Virus record (IMG/VR): IMGVR_UViG_2767802067_000002
Coordinates: 1-64,000 of that record
DNA length: 64,000 bases
Source of the DNA: a virus
Taxonomy: Duplodnaviria; Caudoviricetes
Direction: 5' to 3' (one strand)
In this document: one piece after another, positions 58,897 to 64,000 of the stretch
Layout of the letters: the number at the start of each line of letters is the position of its first letter
Position numbering within the stretch: position 1 is the first letter of the stretch
Notes under the pieces: model-generated
The model's database searches: none
The model's input: only the letters and a program-made list of their open reading frames with translations
What the model was told of the DNA's origin: nothing
Translations under genes and position numbers: made by a program

Positions 58897-59019
58897 CGCG
58901 CGTCCTTCCTGTCGGGGTCTGTGGTGGTTTGTGGTGCTACCAAGATCATTTCCCGTGGGGCCCTGGCTAACCCATTTGGCCAAATGAATTTGACAAAGAG
59001 TTCGCCAGGAACCCGCAGG

Positions 59020-59406
59020 TCAGAGGGCTTCCGGCTCGAACGGGATCAGCGGGAACAGGCCGTCCGTCGCGTACCAGCACCACTCGTGGCCGCCGACCGC
59101 GTACCGGCCGTCCGCGTTCGGCCGCAGGATCTCGGCGGCCTCCTCGGCGCGCTCGCCGCCGAGGTACATCCAGCACACGACCAGCACGACCGCGTGCGCG
59201 GTGCCGCTCACGTCGCCGTCCAGCACGTGCACCGTGTCCACCGAGCCGTGCCCGTACCGGGCGGCCTCCTCCTGGCTGGCGGCCGCGATCTCGCGCACGG
59301 TCTCCAGGTCGAACCAGGGCTTCACGTAGCCGTCGCGCTGGTCGGCGGGGTCCACCATCGCCGGGTACCGGTCGCGGTCGTTGCAGCACACCAGGGTCTG
59401 GATCAT
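59020..59406 (-). CDS. Single-domain paralogue of 56684-57802
   Basis: YPAMVDP...PWFDLETVR...DTVHVL...YAVGGHEWCW. Confidence 0.8.
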   Translation of the reverse strand: MIQTLVCCNDRDRYPAMVDPADQRDGYVKPWFDLETVREIAAASQEEAARYGHGSVDTVHVLDGDVSGTAHAVVLVVCWMYLGGERAEEAAEILRPNADGRYAVGGHEWCWYATDGLFPLIPFEPEAL

Positions 59407-59482
59407 CGGTCTCTCCTCCGGTTATGGGTCCGGCCGGGTCCGGGGCTCGCGCCCCGGCCCGGCCGGCTGGTCTGGCGGTCGG

Positions 59483-59947
59483 TCAGTCGAGCGGCAGGGT
59501 CGCCGCGAGGCCCAGGTCGACCCGGTAGGCGGGGCGGCCGCCCCGGCTGGGCAGTGCGGTGCACACCGGGCGCCAGGTCGGCGCCGTCGACTCGTCCAGG
59601 TACTGCGTCCACTCGGTGACGTCGTGCAGGCCCACCTCGGCGTCCTCGACACCCGGGGTGGTCGCGAACGTCAGCTCCTCCCAGCCGCCCGTCCAGTAGC
59701 GGCCGGTCAGGGACAGCTCGCCGTCCGCGCCCTGGACCAGCTCGGCGTGCGCGGCGTCGAAGCCGGCGCCGGGCTCGCAGTTCGTCAGGATGTCGCGCAC
59801 CGCGGCGGCCAGGACGACGAGCATCACGCGGCCCAGCCGCTGGCGGTCGCCCTGCTCCTCGATGAGAACGGCGTCGACCGCAGCGCCGATCGCCTCGCCG
59901 TCGGGCAGGTTGTAGGCGGGGGGCTGGGTGGGGCTGTGGGCGGGCAT
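59483..59947 (-). CDS. Hypothetical protein
   Basis: AGGAGG RBS. Confidence 0.7.
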   Translation of the reverse strand: MPAHSPTQPPAYNLPDGEAIGAAVDAVLIEEQGDRQRLGRVMLVVLAAAVRDILTNCEPGAGFDAAHAELVQGADGELSLTGRYWTGGWEELTFATTPGVEDAEVGLHDVTEWTQYLDESTAPTWRPVCTALPSRGGRPAYRVDLGLAATLPLD

Positions 59948-60033
59948 TGGGCCTCCTGTGCGGGGTCGGGTGGGGTGAGGGAAGCCGGCCGGGCCGGGGC
60001 GCCGCTTGGGGGTGCCCTGGCCCGGCCTGGCGG

Positions 60034-60477
60034 TCAGAGATCGAACAGGGTGGGCGGCGCGGCGGGCGCCTGCCGGGGCTGGGCGCCCAGCTCGGGGATC
60101 ACCTCGCCGGTGACCTCCTCGTACCACCGCGAAAACTGGTTCCGGTGGCACCAGTTGCCGGGCTTGCTGAGCACGTCGAAGCAGAGCAGGACGAGCGGGG
60201 TGTCGCCCGCCCCGCTCCGGCGGGCGATGAACTCCAGCTCGGCGCGGATCGCGTCGATGCCGGTCGCGTTGAGCATCCGCCGGTACTGGAGCTCGTAGGC
60301 GTCGGCCGGGAGGCCGTTGCGGGCGGCGTCGACCAGGTCGCGGCTCGGGGTGATGCTCTGGGCGTGGCCGGCGACCGGCTCGGTGAAGAACCTGGCTCCT
60401 CCGACCGTGGTCCGGACCGCCAGGCCCATCGGGGGCCGGTACTCCTGGTAGGTGCAGGTCGCGAGGTTGAGGATCAT
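60034..60477 (-). CDS. DUF488-like protein, paralogue of 58441-58896
   Basis: LNLATCTYQEYR...GAGDTPLVLLCFDVLSKPGN.CHR shared. Confidence 0.78.
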   Translation of the reverse strand: MILNLATCTYQEYRPPMGLAVRTTVGGARFFTEPVAGHAQSITPSRDLVDAARNGLPADAYELQYRRMLNATGIDAIRAELEFIARRSGAGDTPLVLLCFDVLSKPGNWCHRNQFSRWYEEVTGEVIPELGAQPRQAPAAPPTLFDL

Positions 60478-60551
60478 GCTGGGCGGTTCCTTTCGGTGCT
60501 GCTGGTGGTGGGGGGTCATCTTGGGGCCTTTCGCGGTTCGGGGTGGCGGTG

Positions 60552-60567
60552 TAGTGGGTAGCCACTA
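60552..60567. promoter_or_regulatory. Palindromic operator TAGTGG-N4-CCACTA
   Basis: Perfect copy upstream of DUF488-like gene. Confidence 0.7.
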
Positions 60568-60640
60568 TGGCCAACGCCTGAGCCGCCCTGTGGTTCCGGG
60601 AGGACCCCGGGGGTTCGCTGCAAAACCGCAGGTCACCGGC

Positions 60641-61471
60641 TTACGCGGCGATGCCGAACAAGCCGAGCTGGAGCGGCTGGCGCTGGAGCCAGTCGTAGGT
60701 GCGGAGCGGGCCGCCCGCGTACCCGGGGATGAACACCAGGCAGGTCCGGACGTTCGTCCCGCAGACCGCGAAGCTGTCCTCGGGCAGAGCCTCGATCTCG
60801 CCGCCGACCTCCTCGACCATCGCGCGGAACTCGACCGAGGCGCGGTCGCTCCACCACATCAGGCCCTGGGACATCACGGAGACCAGGATCCCGTCGTCCT
60901 TCATGAACCCGATCGCGTGCTTGATGTGGTCCAGGCCCCTGGCGAAGGGCGGGTTCATCACGATCCGGTCGAAGCCCTCCGGGTAGTCCAGTGGGTCCAG
61001 GGAGAGGAAGTCGTCGCGGATCACCGCCCGGCAGTCGCCCTGCCGGCGGAGGACGTCGGCGCGCACGGGGTCGATCTCGACGGCGTCGACCAGGGCGCCG
61101 CGCCTGGCGAGCTCGGCGGTCAGGGCGCCCGACCCGGCCGAGGGCTCCAGGACGGTCGTCCCGGCGTAGACGCCGGCGAGGTCGCAGATCTGCATGGTCA
61201 GGCTCGGCGGGGTCGGGAACCAGCCCTGCTCGGTGCGGGTGGGGAACTCGCCGGCCGTGAGGCACTGCCGCATGTGCTCCTCGACCCGGTACGGGAAGAC
61301 GTGGGCTCGGACCGCCGTGCGGCTGTCCCAGCGGCCGCCCATCTCCTTGAGGACGCGGTCCACCTGCTCGTACACGGGGCGGTCGAGCTCGAAGGGGATG
61401 CGCACCCGGTCGTCGCGGATCTCGGTGCGCGGGTCGGTGAGGACGGCCAGGGCGTCGCTGGGGAATCGCAT
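60641..61471 (-). CDS. N6-adenine DNA methyltransferase-like protein
   Basis: FPTP, VLEPSAGSG, VEID, MNPPF. Confidence 0.88.
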   Translation of the reverse strand: MRFPSDALAVLTDPRTEIRDDRVRIPFELDRPVYEQVDRVLKEMGGRWDSRTAVRAHVFPYRVEEHMRQCLTAGEFPTRTEQGWFPTPPSLTMQICDLAGVYAGTTVLEPSAGSGALTAELARRGALVDAVEIDPVRADVLRRQGDCRAVIRDDFLSLDPLDYPEGFDRIVMNPPFARGLDHIKHAIGFMKDDGILVSVMSQGLMWWSDRASVEFRAMVEEVGGEIEALPEDSFAVCGTNVRTCLVFIPGYAGGPLRTYDWLQRQPLQLGLFGIAA

Positions 61472-61547
61472 GGGGCTCCGATCTCTCTCGGCTGGGGGTG
61501 GGGTGGGGCGCACCGCGGTTCGGTCGGGGTGCGCCCCTGGGTGGCCT

Positions 61548-61563
61548 TAGTGGCTACCCACTA
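61548..61563. promoter_or_regulatory. Palindromic operator TAGTGG-N4-CCACTA
   Basis: Perfect copy upstream of methylase. Confidence 0.7.
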
Positions 61564-61571
61564 TGTGAGGG

Positions 61572-62189
61572 TCAAGCGGAAATCCGGGTGTAGACGAGCT
61601 GCCAGAACTTGTCGACCGGAATGCCGTACTGGGCGGCCCGGGCGTACCCGAGGGTGATGGTGCCGGGGGCGACCTTGAGCTGCTGGAAGTCGGCCGGGAA
61701 CTGGGCGTCGACCAGTTCGGCGAGATCGGCGCCGGCGATGGTGCCGACCTGCTCGGGCTCGACGTGGCGCTCCTTGCGGAACGCCACGGTCTCGATCTTG
61801 TAGGTGGCGTCCGTGTCGACGTCCAGAATCGGGGTGCTGACCTTGGTGTAGATGCGCCGGCGGGTCATCTGGCCGTTCTTCTTGCTGGGCAGCGTCCAGC
61901 GCACGGTGATGGTGGAGGAGCCCTCCTCCTGCTCGATCACGTTGTAGGGGGCCACGAGGCAGGCGTAGAGCTCGGCGCGGAGGTCGGCGCCGGACACGTA
62001 CTGCTCTCCGCTGGAGTCGCTCTTGCCGTCGAACCACACCTCGCCCTGGGAGAGGTAGACCGCGGCGGTGTCGATCGCGTAGCTCTCCAGGACGGCTTCG
62101 ACCATCTCGCGGATGCCGGGGCGGCCGACGGCCGAGCGGGGGATGGTGTGGCGGATGATGGCGGCCGCGGCGGGAGTGGTGGTGCGCAT
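61572..62189 (-). CDS. Hypothetical protein
   Basis: AAGGAG RBS. Confidence 0.75.
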   Translation of the reverse strand: MRTTTPAAAAIIRHTIPRSAVGRPGIREMVEAVLESYAIDTAAVYLSQGEVWFDGKSDSSGEQYVSGADLRAELYACLVAPYNVIEQEEGSSTITVRWTLPSKKNGQMTRRRIYTKVSTPILDVDTDATYKIETVAFRKERHVEPEQVGTIAGADLAELVDAQFPADFQQLKVAPGTITLGYARAAQYGIPVDKFWQLVYTRISA

Positions 62190-62217
62190 TGGGGCTCCTT
62201 GGTGAGGCGGGATGGCT

Positions 62218-62364
62218 TAGTGGGTAGCCAATATGACTAACGCTTGAGGGGGCTTGTGGTGCCGGGTGGATCGCGGTGAATTCGCAGGGGAGGGCGGGTG
62301 GTGGGGCGCGCCCCGGTTCGGTCGGGACGCACCCCGTGGGGCCACTCATAGTGGCTACCCACTA
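62218..62364. promoter_or_regulatory. Two further operator copies (62218-62233 and 62349-62364)
   Basis: TAGTGGGTAGCCAATA and TAGTGGCTACCCACTA. Confidence 0.7.
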
Positions 62365-62372
62365 TCAACAGG

Positions 62373-63584
62373 TCAGGCGGCGGCCAGCTCCGGGTTGATC
62401 CGGATGATGGAGCCCTCGCGCACCGAGGCGATGGCCTCGGCCTTCCGCATGTTGGCCTGCGCCTTGGAGATGACGTCGGCCAGGTGCTTGAGGCGCAGCG
62501 AGTAGCCGCCGACTCCGCCGGGGGTGCCGGCGAGCAGCAGGGCCAGCTCCTCCGGGTCGGCCGCGGCCAGGTCGGCGAGCACCTGGCCCGCGCCGCTCAT
62601 GCTGTCGACCCGGCCGACGAGCTTCTTGCGCTCGCCCTGGATGCGCTCGCGCTCGGACTCGGGGAGGTGCGCCGCACCTCCGGGCAGCAGCTCGCCCTGC
62701 TGGTCCTTCGTCTGCCGCGGGGCCTCGTCGGCGAGGACGAAGAAGCTGCCCTGGTCGGCCTGCCGCTTCTCCTCGGAGTGGGCGGCCTGGGCGAACGCCT
62801 CGGCGTCGCGGACGGTCTTGAACTCGCCGCGCGCCCACTTCCCGAGGAACCGCTGCTGGTTGTCGGGGCTGAGCTGCGCGACGTACCAGGAGAGGCCGAC
62901 CGGCAGGTGGCCCTTGGCGAGGGCGTCCTGCGCGGCGTCGCTGAGCTTGAGGAGGTCGATCCGCCAGCCCACGTACTGGACGGACTTGCCGACCATCTTC
63001 GCGACCTGGGCGGGCTCGTAGCCGTGCTCGTCCACGAGGCGCTTGAAGGACTTCGCCTCCTCCATCGGGGTCATGTCCGCGCGGGCCGCGTTCTCGGCGA
63101 CCTGCTCGGCCAAGGTCTTGCCCGCCTCGGCCTCCCCGCCGCTTCGGACGACGGTCTTCATGTGGGTGAGGCCGGCGAGCTGCGCGGAGTGCCACCGTCG
63201 CTCGCCCACCACGATCACGTAGCGCTTGACGCCGATCTTGCGGACGGTGATCGCCTGGAGCTGGCCGAGCTCCTTCATCGACTCGGCGAGCTCCTGGATC
63301 TTGACCGGGTCGAACTCCTCGCGGGGCTGGTCCGGGTCGGGCTCGATCTGCTCGATCGGGATCAGCTTGTGCGTCTCGCGCACCTCACTGGCGGCCGCTT
63401 CGACCTTCTCGGCGGCCACCTCGCGGCGCTTCTGGACCCGGGTGGGCTCGATCGGCTCGGCGGCCTTCTTCGCGGCGCGCGGCTTGGCGGGGGCCGCCTT
63501 CTTCGCGGCCGCCGGCTTGGCGGGCGCGGCGGCCTTCTTCGCGGCGCGGGGCTTGGCGGCCTTGGTGGCAGGGGTGGCGGTCAT
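62373..63584 (-). CDS. parB: ParB/RepB/Spo0J partition protein with Ala/Lys/Pro-rich N-terminus
   Basis: DQPR..F...ELAESM...GQLQAI, GERRW, EN..R.D.TPMEEA, HTH. Confidence 0.9.
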   Translation of the reverse strand: MTATPATKAAKPRAAKKAAAPAKPAAAKKAAPAKPRAAKKAAEPIEPTRVQKRREVAAEKVEAAASEVRETHKLIPIEQIEPDPDQPREEFDPVKIQELAESMKELGQLQAITVRKIGVKRYVIVVGERRWHSAQLAGLTHMKTVVRSGGEAEAGKTLAEQVAENAARADMTPMEEAKSFKRLVDEHGYEPAQVAKMVGKSVQYVGWRIDLLKLSDAAQDALAKGHLPVGLSWYVAQLSPDNQQRFLGKWARGEFKTVRDAEAFAQAAHSEEKRQADQGSFFVLADEAPRQTKDQQGELLPGGAAHLPESERERIQGERKKLVGRVDSMSGAGQVLADLAAADPEELALLLAGTPGGVGGYSLRLKHLADVISKAQANMRKAEAIASVREGSIIRINPELAAA

Positions 63585-64000
63585 GGCGCTGGCCTTCTGG
63601 GTGGGGTGGTGGGTGGCTACACCATCATCATTTCCGGAAGTCGACTTGTCCAAACCAATTTGAGCAAAGTAGTTGCCGCAAATCCGCAGGTCAGAGGCCG
63701 CGCCAGCCCCCTGCTCGACCTCGTCGGCGGGCTCCTCGATCGGCTCGACCAGGGTCGGTTCACCGGCGGGCACGCGGAAGAGCTGGCCGTTCGGCCGGAC
63801 CGCCCAGTCCTCGCCGTCCGCGAGGCCGAGCTGCGCCATGTTCACCGGCTTCCCGCAGGCGTCGCAGCCGAAGTCGCCGCGCTCGCGGGCGCGCACCGGG
63901 GCGCTCTCGTCGCAGTGCGCACAGACCATCGGGACCAGGTCGTCGCGGTCCTCGCCGGGTCGTGCGGCCGGGGCCGGCTGGGCGGCGCCCACCGCGACCG
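63585..64000 (-). CDS. Partial C4 zinc-ribbon ORF, in frame with ParB without a stop
   Basis: CAHC...CDAC; likely starts beyond the window. Confidence 0.45.

Larger units (their letters stand above)
9664..64000 (-). mobile_element. Prophage or phage-plasmid (siphovirus-type); probably extends beyond the window, boundaries not visible
   Basis: Co-oriented terminase, portal, protease-like, capsid, tail, tape measure, endolysin and holin genes plus ParB and methylases; no integrase or att pair seen. Confidence 0.93.

Noticed and set aside
54489-61471. Restriction-modification system
   Set aside because: No recognisable endonuclease next to either methylase; treated as orphan methylases

Overview
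Very GC-rich actinomycete (Streptomyces-like) DNA carrying most of a temperate siphovirus or phage-plasmid, almost all on the minus strand. From right to left: (1) an early/accessory region (49.7-64 kb) with ParB, two DNA methyltransferases, an intein-containing PAPS-reductase-family protein, two DUF488-like paralogues and small paralogous genes separated by repeated hairpins and palindromic operator-like boxes; (2) an atypical tRNA-Gly, a methylase-like gene, a ParB-like gene and the terminase genes; (3) portal, a 1294-aa MuF/2H-phosphoesterase/wHTH/protease-like polyprotein, and cluster-B/Rosebush-like capsid genes; (4) about 10 kb of Cys-rich repeat or fibre genes; (5) tail genes, tape measure, endolysin and holin; (6) a left accessory/regulatory module (XRE-TPR regulator, GNAT, HATPase, and degenerate Nudix, radical-SAM and resolvase-like genes). 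No integrase is visible. The most unusual signal is a conserved 5'-leader element in front of five major structural genes. It sits just downstream of a TANNNT box and, in four copies, runs into a sequence-variable stem that covers the RBS, so it is a candidate translational riboregulator for late genes. Also notable are two intragenic clusters of TGTCCG/CGGACA boxes, the head polyprotein with recurring putative cleavage sites, and frequent ssrA-like C-termini and clamp-like motifs on early proteins. All calls come from motif recognition by eye; no searches were run.
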